Shown piece after piece: positions 1-10,756 of a stretch of 64,000 nucleotides of DNA (position 1 is the first letter of the stretch; each line of letters opens with the position of its first letter). The stretch comes from Antedon mediterranea (lineage: Eukaryota; Animalia; Echinodermata): positions 6,386,001 to 6,450,000 of the forward strand of contig NC_092673.1 in assembly GCF_964355755.1 (NCBI RefSeq), in the 5' to 3' direction. The notes under the pieces were generated by a model, which was given only the letters and a program-made list of their open reading frames with translations, was not told the origin of the DNA and did no database searches. The position numbers and the translations under genes were made by a program.

Positions 1-530
1 AAATTTTTTGAAACTTTACTAAATTATTGTCAAGATGCTAGTTAACGTAAGTGTAAAATATTAAAACGCTAGGTTGCTACATTTGGCTTCCAGAGGCTGT
101 TAAACTTAATGTAAATTATACACCAAAAATTAACAAAATTGGCCGAAAATCGTTATTTTTCTATTTTCTCGAAAACTAAGCGATATTTTACCAAACAAAC
201 TACACATCAGGTTTACTTACATCAAGGTCTACCAATGTGCAAAATATGAGACAATTCGAAATTTTGACCCTTGCCACCTAATGTTTGATTTTTAGTGACT
301 GGCTCTCTTACATATTTGAAATAAAGTATTAAGAAGTTAAAATGAATGTTAGGCCTACATTCTTTCGTTTAACGGATGTTTTCTCCTGCAATTTAGTGTC
401 AATATATCTATCTTTAATAAGTGAGATTAAGTACTGTTCCATTTCCAACGATTAAGAAAAAACATCAACAAATATTACAATATAAGGTTCGATGTTAAGA
501 GGTACAAGACATTAAACGGTTTTGTGTTTT

Positions 531-1010
531 TGATATAAGCAGTGAGTTAGGCAGATCATAAGTCAGCTCTCCTTAATTGCCTAAGTCACATAGCTGACTT
601 AGGCAGAAACACAAAAAATATAGTATATTGATATAAGCAGTGAGTTAGGCAGATCATAAGTCAGCTCTCCTTAATTGCCTAAGTCACATAGCTGACTTAG
701 GCAGAAACACAAAAAATATAGTATATTGATATAAGCAGTGAGTTAGGCAGATCATAAGCCAGCTCTCCTTAATTGCCTAAGTCACATAGCTGACTTAGGC
801 AGAAACACATAAAATATAGTATATTGATATAAGCAGAATTAGGCAGATCATAAGTCATCTCTCCTTAATTGCCTAAGTCACTCAGCTGACTTAGCCAGAA
901 ACACAAAAAATATAGTATATTGATATAAGCAGAGAGTTAGGCAGAAAAACAAAAACAAAATTATGACTTAGACAGTATAATGATATAAGCAGTGAGTTAG
1001 GCAGATCATA
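531..1010. repeat. 98-bp tandem repeat (about 4 full copies plus degenerate partial copies); each unit carries an 11-bp-stem hairpin
   Basis: Unit start TGATATAAGC at 531, 629, 727, 825, 921 (and a partial at 981). Internal inverted repeat TGCCTAAGTCA-catagc-TGACTTAGGCA. Confidence 0.92.
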
Positions 1011-1209
1011 ATAAATAAATAATAATAAATAAATCATAAATAAGCTTATAACACAATATATGCTCATATATAGCAATATTATTGCATAATAACAGTATTT
1101 AAAAAAGTGCGTATTTTGGCCATTTTTCGAAAAAATCCCTTACTATAGTAGGCCTACAGAGATTTTTTTCAAAAAATGGCCATATTTCGACTTTTTTATT
1201 TTTTGACAT

Positions 1210-2575
1210 TGTCACAAGTGACATAAGTTTTGTATTTATTGTGCAAGTCATGCTTACTTTTCCTTTTGTTTTCATTATTTGAACCTTTCTTTTGTTTTAG
1301 GAAACTATTGTTTGAAGCCAGTGGAGCAGAGTGTTTGTGTGCAGAGAAGGAGTGTGTGGAGGTTGCTGATTGGAGAAGAGGTGTAAGAGTTGAGTTGGTG
1401 TGTGAGTTGCTGATTGGTTGAGAAGGATAAGGTGGTGGTATGTGTGCAATTGAGGGAAGTTTGAGAAGGAGATGAAAATTGAGAGGAGACAGAGAAGGAG
1501 GGTTATGTTATGTTGAAGCAGAAAGGAAGTAAAGTGGTATATATGAAGTTAATAAATTGTGGGTTGGAAAGAAGTATGGTGATATAGAGCTGAAGCGGAA
1601 AGGAAATAAGGTGATCTACATGAAGTTAGTAAATTGTGAGTTGGAAATAATTATGGTGTTATAGAGCTGAAGCAGAAATGAAATAAGGTGATATACATGA
1701 AGTTAATAAATTGTGAGTTGGAAATAATTATGGTGATATAGAGCTGAAGCAGAAATGAAATAAGGTGATATACATGAAGTTAATAAATTGTGAGTTGGAA
1801 ATAATTATGGTGATCTAGAGCTGGAGCAGAAATGAAATAAAGTGAGGTACATGAAGTTAATAAAGCGAGTAATAACTGTTGGAAATAGCAGAATAAATTG
1901 CTTTTAAAGAATTGTTGAAAGTATCGAAGACTGACTTTATTGATACTGATATTATGTTACGGGGAAAAGGAGAAAGAAATAATTGATCGGGGAGCGGATT
2001 GCAGTGCAGAAGGACATCAAGAAACATTTTTAACTTTATATTTCATTTATTTATATGTCAGAAGATAGTTGCAGGTTGAGAAGAAGTATAATTGGGAATA
2101 CAAGCAGAACGGGAGCAGAGGAGTTGTTTAGTTGCGGAATCGTTTTAACTTTTATCTTTCGAATTTGTTTTGTGTCAGCGTAGGGGAAAAGGCAAGAAGG
2201 AACGATATTGTGGACATTTATTATTGTATTAGTCATCTTGTGATATTATTGTATTTGGAAGGGGGGTTTCTGGGATTTATATCTGACAATAAGAAGATTG
2301 TCGATATTTTGTCTGGAAGGATTGGGAATTTGGGAAAGTGTATAAATTGTGTGGGAATAGGGATACTGTATCATTGGTTGAGAATTGCTTGGGTTTTTTT
2401 GTGGGTTTTTTTTTAGGTGGGGTTTGGATTATAGAAGGAAGAATTGTTTGTCAAAAATTATTATTAAATTTACTTTTTACATTTATATGTGTACAGTTGT
2501 GGCTATTTACCGTTTTTTACCGGTGGTTACCAGATATTACATGTCCGAAAGAGCCGTAATTGCGGCTGTGTGACA
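1210..2575 (+). repeat. 5' LTR (1366 bp)
   Basis: Direct repeat of 4737-6102. I saw only one substitution (ggttgct vs ggctgct, about 1363/4890), matching V vs A in the duplicated spurious ORFs. Confidence 0.96.
1515..1864 (+). repeat. 77-bp tandem array (about 4.5 copies) inside the LTR; repeated at 5042-5391 in the 3' LTR
   Basis: Unit starts GAAGC(A/G)GAAA at 1515, 1592, 1669 and 1746, with a partial variant (GGAGCAGAAA) at 1823. Confidence 0.9.
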
Positions 2576-2579
2576 TTTA

Positions 2580-2597
2580 TGGGGGCTCGTCCGGGAG
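2580..2597 (+). promoter_or_regulatory. Primer-binding site complementary to tRNA-Pro 3' end
   Basis: TGGGGGCTCGTCCGGGAG, 4 nt after the 5' LTR; 17/18 match to the canonical tRNA-Pro PBS TGGGGGCTCGTCCGGGAT. Confidence 0.93.
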
Positions 2598-2740
2598 ACT
2601 TTGTAACCTAGCGTGAACATTGGTAGATGAAACAATTGTACGTGATTGATTGTATTGTCTATTTGTCATATTATTGACATACTGTATACTTATATTGGAT
2701 ACTTATACATATATATATATTTTTTTTTTTTTCGTAAGAA

Positions 2741-4735
2741 ATGGATCTCACTAAAATTGTTGACGCAGGAAAAGCGTTGGGGTTAGATGGAGTGGAATTA
2801 AGGGAGTTTGTGGAAAAGAGAGAGGAAGCTGTCAGAGAGAGAGAAGAGAGAGCACTAGAGAGAGAAGAAAGAAACAGGGAGAGAGAAGAAAAAGAGCGAA
2901 ACAGAGACAAGGAAGAGAGAGAGAGAAGAGAGGTGCTAGAGAGGGACGAAGCAGAGAGGAAAAGAGCGAGTGAAGGAAAAGAGAGAGTAAATGAAAGGGT
3001 GAAAGAAGCTGAAAATCAGGCCTATCTCATAGAAATGCGAAGGTTAGAAATCCAATTAGAGCAAGAAAAGAATCGGGCACGGCCAGGTGGTAGAGTATTA
3101 CCCAATCCTGAGTCACGGGTTAAGGCCAGTAAACCTAAATTACCCCCTTTCCATGACCGAACAGATGACCTAGATGCCTATCTGAAAAGGTTTGAACGGT
3201 ATGCGACTAGTCAGGAGTGGAAAGAAATTGAGTGGCCGGTTAACTTAAGTGCCCTACTAACTGGGAAGGCTCTCGAGGTTTATTCCAGGTTGTCTTCAGC
3301 TGAAGCTCACGATTACAAACTGTTGAAATTGGCTCTTCTAAAACGGTTTCAGTTAACCGCCGATGGATTTCGACATAAGTTACGAACAGCCAAGCCCGAA
3401 TACGGAGAAAGCGGCCCGCATTTTGCTGCAAGGTTAAGCAATTATCTGGATAGGTGGATTGACCTAGCAGAGGGGGAAAAAACCTTTCAGGGGTTAAAAG
3501 ATTTATTGCTGCGAGAGCAGTTTACCGATGGGTGTGGGAAGGATCTAGCTCTGTTCCTAAGGGAACGTCAACCGAAGACGATACAAGCGATGACTGAAAT
3601 CGCGGAACCCTATTTGGAAGCCCGTGGGGGGTTATTTGGTAAATCAATAGAGTTTAAACAAAAAGAGCCTAATTCTCCTCAACTTTCCTCTAATAATGTT
3701 CCAAGTACATCTTCATCACAAAGCCCATCTAGTTTCCGCAGCCCAACTTGTTTTATATGCCATCGTGTAGGTCACTTGGCTAGAAATTGCAGAGCCTCAA
3801 CTAGGTATAAACCAAACCCTCCTCCAAAATGTTACAGATGCTTAAAAACAGGGCACATTGCCAGGAATTGTAGACGCGCTGGGTTGTCTATTTCACCTCA
3901 AAAAGAGCCAAACGGCAGAGCTGCAACTAGGTATAAGCGAAACTCTCCTCCAAAGTGTTACCGATGCTTAAAAACGGGACATATTGCCAGAAATTGTAGA
4001 CAGGATACCAACAGTTCCTTTGGGTTGTCTACTTTACCACAAAAAGAGTCTGATTGCCAAAAATGTACAAACCAACCCGATTGTAAAGCCAAAGAAGAAA
4101 TTCCCGTTGTGGGGGCTAGTATGGTTACGAAAATGTCAGAATCTTTAAATCAATGTTGTATCAATAATGATGGTGATAAGGTCACGCTTCAGTGTGGGCA
4201 CTGTCTTCCAATTATGGCAGCGGCTCTAAATAATTCAAGTAGTAAAATGCCCATTTATACAGGTTGTGTTGGATCACGCCGTGTCTCTGTTCTTCGTGAC
4301 AGTGGCTGTAGTGGGGTGTTTGTGAAGAAAGAACTTGTATCCGCCGAACAACTTACGGGTAAAGAGAAAACATGTATGCTGATTGATGGCACTGTTCGCA
4401 ACTTACCGGTTGCATTAATAAATGTTAATACTCCATTCTTTTCAGGAAAAACGTATGCACTATGTATGAATAACCCTATTTATGGTTTGATATTAGGTAA
4501 CATTGCAGGAGTACGAGCACCAGGAAATCCAGATCCAACATGGACAGAGCAAAATCTTGAAGGATGTTCTGTTGTTACCCGGTCTCAAGCTAACACTAAG
4601 AATCCACCATTCAGAATACTTAGGACCACAGAAACACACAAACAACAATCAAACAACAAACACATGTTTCGAAGTATTAGGACCCATTCCGGTTTGAAGA
4701 AAATGTTGGGACATATTTCTTTTAGAGGGGAGTAA
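2741..4735 (+). CDS. Gag-protease polyprotein (664 aa): charged coiled coil, capsid/SCAN-like region, three CCHC zinc knuckles, retroviral-type aspartic protease
   Basis: ORF is intact. KLPPF..DDLDAYLKRFERYA..LLTGKALEVY..LLLREQF capsid-like motifs; CX2CX4HX4C x3; VLRDSGCSGVFV protease motif and LILGN. No RT (YxDD), RNase H or integrase is recognisable. Confidence 0.92.
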   Translation: MDLTKIVDAGKALGLDGVELREFVEKREEAVREREERALEREERNREREEKERNRDKEERERREVLERDEAERKRASEGKERVNERVKEAENQAYLIEMRRLEIQLEQEKNRARPGGRVLPNPESRVKASKPKLPPFHDRTDDLDAYLKRFERYATSQEWKEIEWPVNLSALLTGKALEVYSRLSSAEAHDYKLLKLALLKRFQLTADGFRHKLRTAKPEYGESGPHFAARLSNYLDRWIDLAEGEKTFQGLKDLLLREQFTDGCGKDLALFLRERQPKTIQAMTEIAEPYLEARGGLFGKSIEFKQKEPNSPQLSSNNVPSTSSSQSPSSFRSPTCFICHRVGHLARNCRASTRYKPNPPPKCYRCLKTGHIARNCRRAGLSISPQKEPNGRAATRYKRNSPPKCYRCLKTGHIARNCRQDTNSSFGLSTLPQKESDCQKCTNQPDCKAKEEIPVVGASMVTKMSESLNQCCINNDGDKVTLQCGHCLPIMAAALNNSSSKMPIYTGCVGSRRVSVLRDSGCSGVFVKKELVSAEQLTGKEKTCMLIDGTVRNLPVALINVNTPFFSGKTYALCMNNPIYGLILGNIAGVRAPGNPDPTWTEQNLEGCSVVTRSQANTKNPPFRILRTTETHKQQSNNKHMFRSIRTHSGLKKMLGHISFRGE

Positions 4736-4736
4736 A
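4724..4736 (+). promoter_or_regulatory. Polypurine tract
   Basis: AGAGGGGAGTAAA immediately before the 3' LTR; overlaps the ORF stop codon. Confidence 0.8.
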
Positions 4737-6102
4737 TGTCACAAGTGACATAAGTTTTGTATTTATTGTGCAAGTCATGCTTACTTTTCCTTTTGTTTTC
4801 ATTATTTGAACCTTTCTTTTGTTTTAGGAAACTATTGTTTGAAGCCAGTGGAGCAGAGTGTTTGTGTGCAGAGAAGGAGTGTGTGGAGGCTGCTGATTGG
4901 AGAAGAGGTGTAAGAGTTGAGTTGGTGTGTGAGTTGCTGATTGGTTGAGAAGGATAAGGTGGTGGTATGTGTGCAATTGAGGGAAGTTTGAGAAGGAGAT
5001 GAAAATTGAGAGGAGACAGAGAAGGAGGGTTATGTTATGTTGAAGCAGAAAGGAAGTAAAGTGGTATATATGAAGTTAATAAATTGTGGGTTGGAAAGAA
5101 GTATGGTGATATAGAGCTGAAGCGGAAAGGAAATAAGGTGATCTACATGAAGTTAGTAAATTGTGAGTTGGAAATAATTATGGTGTTATAGAGCTGAAGC
5201 AGAAATGAAATAAGGTGATATACATGAAGTTAATAAATTGTGAGTTGGAAATAATTATGGTGATATAGAGCTGAAGCAGAAATGAAATAAGGTGATATAC
5301 ATGAAGTTAATAAATTGTGAGTTGGAAATAATTATGGTGATCTAGAGCTGGAGCAGAAATGAAATAAAGTGAGGTACATGAAGTTAATAAAGCGAGTAAT
5401 AACTGTTGGAAATAGCAGAATAAATTGCTTTTAAAGAATTGTTGAAAGTATCGAAGACTGACTTTATTGATACTGATATTATGTTACGGGGAAAAGGAGA
5501 AAGAAATAATTGATCGGGGAGCGGATTGCAGTGCAGAAGGACATCAAGAAACATTTTTAACTTTATATTTCATTTATTTATATGTCAGAAGATAGTTGCA
5601 GGTTGAGAAGAAGTATAATTGGGAATACAAGCAGAACGGGAGCAGAGGAGTTGTTTAGTTGCGGAATCGTTTTAACTTTTATCTTTCGAATTTGTTTTGT
5701 GTCAGCGTAGGGGAAAAGGCAAGAAGGAACGATATTGTGGACATTTATTATTGTATTAGTCATCTTGTGATATTATTGTATTTGGAAGGGGGGTTTCTGG
5801 GATTTATATCTGACAATAAGAAGATTGTCGATATTTTGTCTGGAAGGATTGGGAATTTGGGAAAGTGTATAAATTGTGTGGGAATAGGGATACTGTATCA
5901 TTGGTTGAGAATTGCTTGGGTTTTTTTGTGGGTTTTTTTTTAGGTGGGGTTTGGATTATAGAAGGAAGAATTGTTTGTCAAAAATTATTATTAAATTTAC
6001 TTTTTACATTTATATGTGTACAGTTGTGGCTATTTACCGTTTTTTACCGGTGGTTACCAGATATTACATGTCCGAAAGAGCCGTAATTGCGGCTGTGTGA
6101 CA
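4737..6102 (+). repeat. 3' LTR (1366 bp)
   Basis: Near-identical to 1210-2575; followed by TSD GACAT. Confidence 0.96.
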
Positions 6103-6670
6103 GACATAAATGGTAATACTATACATCTATAAGATGCTTATAACACAATATATGCACATATATAGCAATATTATTGCATAATAACAGTATTTAAAAAAGT
6201 GCGTATTTTGGCCATTTTTCGAAAAAATCCCTTACTATAGTACAGGGATTTTTTCGAAAAATTGCCAAAATACGCACTTTTTTTTTTTATCAACTAATCA
6301 TTTGTGTTGGTATTAATTAACAGTATTGATAAAAAAATATATAAAATTATGAAGAAGATATTAACTGATATCAATACTTGTGATACTGATATATTGATAT
6401 TAATAATATATCTTAGCCAAGGATTTTTCTTTAACATATAATTTTAAATTTTTAAGTGAAATTTTTATTTTTGGTTCCGATCTTCTTTCGAATTGTGAAA
6501 ATGCTTTATTATTTTATTATGTACAACAATTTCTTGTTAATTCTGGAAGATTTGATTGATGTTTCTGTTAGTTGTTTTAAAATGTTATATTTGTTAATCT
6601 GAGGCGCCTTGAAGCTAAGGTGGTTCCATCTTTTAAGGCGCCTCTGTGTAATGTACTGAATAAAAAGAAA

Positions 6671-6965
6671 ATATATATATATATATATATATATATTGAT
6701 TAATTGTATTGGTTTTAATATATCGATTAATTGTATTGGTATTAATATATCGATTAATTGTATTGGTATTAATATATCGATTAATTGTATTGGTATTAAT
6801 ATATCGATTAATTGTATTGGTATTAAGATATCGATTAATTGTATTGGTATTAATATATCGATTAATTGTATTGGTATTAATATATCGATTAATTGTATTG
6901 GTATTAAGATATCGATTAATTGTATTGGTATTAATATATCGAATAATTTTATTGGTATCAATATA
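6671..6965. repeat. (AT)n followed by a 27-bp minisatellite (about 9-10 copies)
   Basis: Unit ATTAATTGTATTGGTATTAATATATCG; explains the repetitive ORFs on both strands. Confidence 0.93.
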
Positions 6966-8429
6966 TCTATATCGTTCTCGTTTTTAGGACCTCATGCATA
7001 TCAGCTTTTCAATCACCCTCATTATACAAAGTTTAATAAATTATATACAACTTATTATATTAACTTTTAGCATTGTCAGTTTTCATTAATTTGCCTTTAG
7101 CTGGATCGTAATTGTAAAAATAAAATAAAGAAAAAGCTAAAACAAAACGACAAAAGTAAAACAGCCATGGTTTAGACACAGAGCTAAAGATTGAGCATTC
7201 TCCATGTTTACACGATTAACACAATATCGGCATTGGTGCAATAAGATTATTGTCAATAATGTGCTCTATGGGAAATCTTTCAGTTGCAGATTATCAAATG
7301 ATCCACGCGCTAGACAAGGATGTGTGTACACCGGTGCCATACGCGCTATCCTTATCAATGTATTAACCAATATAATCTAATGATAGTTTATCTATGGTTT
7401 ATTGAAGGCACCAATGTACTTGTAATACATCTTCCGTAATAATTGTACAAGTATACTATGTCCCTTTAACAGCTGCTGCTTGTGTACCTCTATTATTACA
7501 ATTAGTAGATAGTAACTAATTTCGAAGTGTACTAAAAAGTATAGTTGTTCGACCAATTTATTTTTTTACATGCCGTGCATGTTATTTCCTGATCAATACA
7601 GTTTGAAAAATCGATATTGTGATCATTTAAAAAAACTGTAGGCCTGCCTATAGTAAGGGATTTTATTTTTAAAAACATGGTCAAATTTCGACCCTTTTTA
7701 TTTTTTGACATAACGCAAGATAATATTATCAGATTTATATATATTTGTATTTCTGACATAACTGATTATTTTTTCTGTGACATGCGCAGAATGACATCAT
7801 GTGTTCAGAGAAATGTTAAACTTTGACCCTGACATAACTAGTTAAATTACAATGATGATACACACTATATACACATGGCAATATTACCGCATAATAATTG
7901 AAGTCGATATTTTGTCAATTTTTTTATAAAAAAATATTCTTTTCAAAGTAGATCCTCACTATTTTGCTTAAATCCAGTTTTTCGAAAAAATCCCTGCACT
8001 ATAGTACAGGGATTTCGACCATGAGTAGAATCACGCTATGTAGTCAAACGTATTTGGAAAAGTCAATGTTTTGGTCATTTTTATAAAAAAAAATCTCTGT
8101 ACTATATAGGCCTACATGGATTTTTTTCGAAAAATGGGCAAAATACGCACTTTTTAAAATACTGTTATTATGCAATAATATTGCTATATATGTGCATATA
8201 TTGCGTTATAAGTATCTTATAGACGTATAGTAACCATTTATGTAAAAAAATAAAAATAATAAAAAAATCCCTGTTATACTATACTAATCCATGTAATATA
8301 TAGCGTGTGCAGAATTAACGTTTTGTTTTATAGGATACACACATTTTTTACAAATTTTTACAAAGGGGATGAACATATCAGACAATACTGTAATAATCGT
8401 TCTGTAATTGGCCGATACAGATGAGTAGC

Positions 8430-8460
8430 ATGATGAGTCAGCCAATCAGGGGGTCCAATT
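8430..8460 (+). promoter_or_regulatory. Possible proximal promoter motifs of the TGF-beta gene (AP-1-like TGAGTCA, two CCAAT)
   Basis: ATGATGAGTCAGCCAATCAGGGGGTCCAATT about 350 bp upstream of the ATG; motif match only. Confidence 0.3.
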
Positions 8461-8794
8461 ATTGCGACTAGACAGACGATCTCAACATCTTTCAGACAGG
8501 AGTAAAAAAAGCATTTCCGACTGAAAGTTCATCTGGCATTAACATACTGACCCACCACGAAGTAAGCTATTTATTTGCGTTCAAACTATTGCTAAGTCGC
8601 ATGACAACATACAGGGCGCAGATGTAAGTGGTTTATTCATTCGAAAACGTCACATAAACTTTGAAAAGCAGTTTTAAAGCAAAGCTTTGCAAGTTGTCCC
8701 GCGTGGAGGAGAAAAGTAAATTTGTGGCGCCAAGTTTTACCCCGAGGGTGGTGTAGCTCACTCACTTGACGGTGATTTACTGACAACTGACAAA

Positions 8795-9095
8795 ATGAGG
8801 GTTTGTTTACCTGCTGTACAATGGTTGGTGTTAATCTTCATTGTTTTTTTATTGGAAGTTGTTGATGGAAAGACAAAGAATTGGGACAATAGCATGGAAA
8901 GTCGAATCCTTCGCTTCTTTGGTTTGACACAGAAACCAAAGATTGGGGTAAACGCTACGGCTCCTCGCTATATGATTGATATGTACAGAAGAATGGAAGA
9001 ACAGCACCAACACAACATCTTCACGACTAGTAGCAGATGTGGATTCGATGACAATGATATTCCGGGCAACACAGTTAGAAGTTTGCAAAATACAG
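8795..9095 (+). CDS. univin: Univin/Vg1(GDF1/3)-like TGF-beta ligand, coding exon 1 (signal peptide + prodomain start)
   Basis: Hydrophobic N-terminus; RILRFFGL..APRYMIDMY..GNTVRS prodomain motifs; donor ACAG|GTATG, phase 1. Confidence 0.85.
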
Positions 9096-9938
9096 GTATG
9101 TCGACTATACATTAGAAAAGATACCTCATAGCCGATACGTACACACAAAATAGTCTTCCATGGTAAGGAACGACAAATGTACTTGTATAGATGTACTAGG
9201 CTACTAGGTCACGATTGAACGAAAAACGACTATAGTTTCTACCTACAGTATATTTCGTTGAACGAAAAACGACTAGTTTTGGTATAGGAGCAAGTGGATA
9301 ACACAATTATTCACCTATCTATACTCGCTTTAGACGATGTAAAGTAACATAGACTTTAAAAGGCGGATACCTTTTCTTTATATTAATATTTTTTGTGAAA
9401 TAACTTGGATCGCAATGAATAATGGTAGTTGACAGACTACTTGTTGCAGTACGGGTGATAAAACCTAAATACCAGCGAAAGTATTTTAACTAATTTTTAT
9501 ATAATTTCTACGTGTTTGTATGTAAATATCTCGCAGTGAGATGGTTGTATATCATTGTAATGGCTTGAAAACAATCATTCTTTAGTGCCCAGCCATTTTA
9601 CAGAAAATTTTCGACCACCACGGCTTCTGCGTAACTGCCTATAAACCCAATGTAATACCGTAATAAATTATAAAGATCTATAGTAAGCATACGTTGCTGA
9701 TACTGATATTTGACATTTAAGAAAATAAATCAAAAAAATCACCTTATTATTTTGTACCTTTTGCTTCTGATGGCCGTCATTTATTGCGCGCTATACGCAT
9801 ACCGTACGCGTTGGTCTATCAATTCAGACCTTTGCAATAAAGTGAATAAAGATATAAAGTATGTAGACATAGTAATACTAATTATTAACTTATATTTTTA
9901 TTAATTAATATAGTGTATTATCATCATTTTATTGACAG

Positions 9939-10756
9939 GTCTGAGCATGCGTAAATCAAGCACCGGAAGTGGCCGTTACCATCAGTTACTTTCCTTCAAC
10001 CTGTCAACAATCCCAGAGACCGAAAGTATAACAAAAGCTGAAATCAATTTCGGAATTTTTGAGAACCGAGATGAGGCAAACAATAGACACACGGCAGTTC
10101 AAGTTTCTCTTTACCAATTACTTAAACGAAATAAATTTAATGAAAACAATCTTCTTGACGATCAACCAATTTTAGAGTTTCATTCGTTGCATAACTTTAC
10201 ATCCGAATTTGACGAATACGCAGTCATTGATATTCTAGACCTTGTCGAGAAATTTCGCTCGCAATCGATGAAGAATCTTCAACTATACGTTGCTTTTCAA
10301 TTTAGCGGTAATTCGTTAGAAAGCGAACGGGATCTGCTCTCTAGTCAAACGTCGCTAATCGTCGTGTCAATAGACCATAGCCAGTGCAAGAGTCGGATCC
10401 GGCGTGACGCAGAACCCGCAGACGTCCACAACAACAATCCTAACATCTGTAAAAGAAATCGACTACTCGTGAATTTCAAAGACGTAGGATGGGATGATTG
10501 GATTATCGCACCGATGACGTATCAAGCGTATTATTGTGCTGGGGAATGCCCCTTCCCAATGAACGAAAGACTTAACACAACAAACCACGCTATAATGCAG
10601 ACTCTGGTCGTGTCATTAGACAAATCGGCCGCACCTCCCGTCTGTTGTACACCGACAAACTTATCACCGATTTCGATGTTGTATTTTGATACAAATGACA
10701 ATGTTGTTCTTCGCCAGTACGAGGATATGGTGGTACAAGACTGCGGATGTAGGTAG
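9939..10756 (+). CDS. univin: Univin/Vg1-like TGF-beta ligand, coding exon 2 (prodomain, RIRR furin site, 7-Cys mature domain); 372 aa in total
   Basis: Acceptor TTGACAG|GT in phase 1. Mature domain [76 protein letters not shown] resembles sea-urchin univin more than BMP2/4, from recalled sequences. TGF-beta family is certain; the orthologue call is inferred. Confidence 0.85.

Larger units (their letters stand above)
1210..6102 (+). mobile_element. Recent non-autonomous Ty3/Gypsy-type LTR retrotransposon (Gag+protease only), 4893 bp
   Basis: TGTCACA...TGTGACA termini, 5-bp TSD GACAT (1205-1209, 6103-6107), two 1366-bp LTRs offset by 3527 bp, PBS, PPT and a single ORF. Confidence 0.96.
1046..6290. 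repeat. Palindromic AT-rich repeat family (centre ACTATAGT) on both sides of the LTR element (about 1046-1209 and 6108-6290); related inverted copies at about 7600-8290
   Basis: About 110 bp at 1046-1150 recurs at 6138-6241 and as reverse complement at about 8115-8240. GTGCGTATTTTGGC...AAAAAATCCC-ACTATAGT-..GGGATTTTTT...GCCAAAATACGCAC forms a hairpin at 6199-6278. Confidence 0.7.

Noticed and set aside
531-1010. Hairpin-containing regular repeats as a CRISPR-like array
   Set aside because: Sequence between hairpins is identical across units (no unique spacers), there are no cas genes, and the context is eukaryotic.
1230-2573. Short ORFs in the LTRs (and duplicates at 4757-6100) as env or accessory genes
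   Set aside because: Short, mostly non-ATG starts, no domain signal; duplicated only because the LTRs are duplicated.
4690-4725. Alternative-frame ENVGTYF as an RNase H C-terminal remnant (N..AD.LSR motif)
   Set aside because: Too short and degenerate to support.
6509-7070. Three overlapping ORFs with 9-aa repeats
   Set aside because: Translation artefacts of a 27-bp minisatellite lacking stops in those frames.
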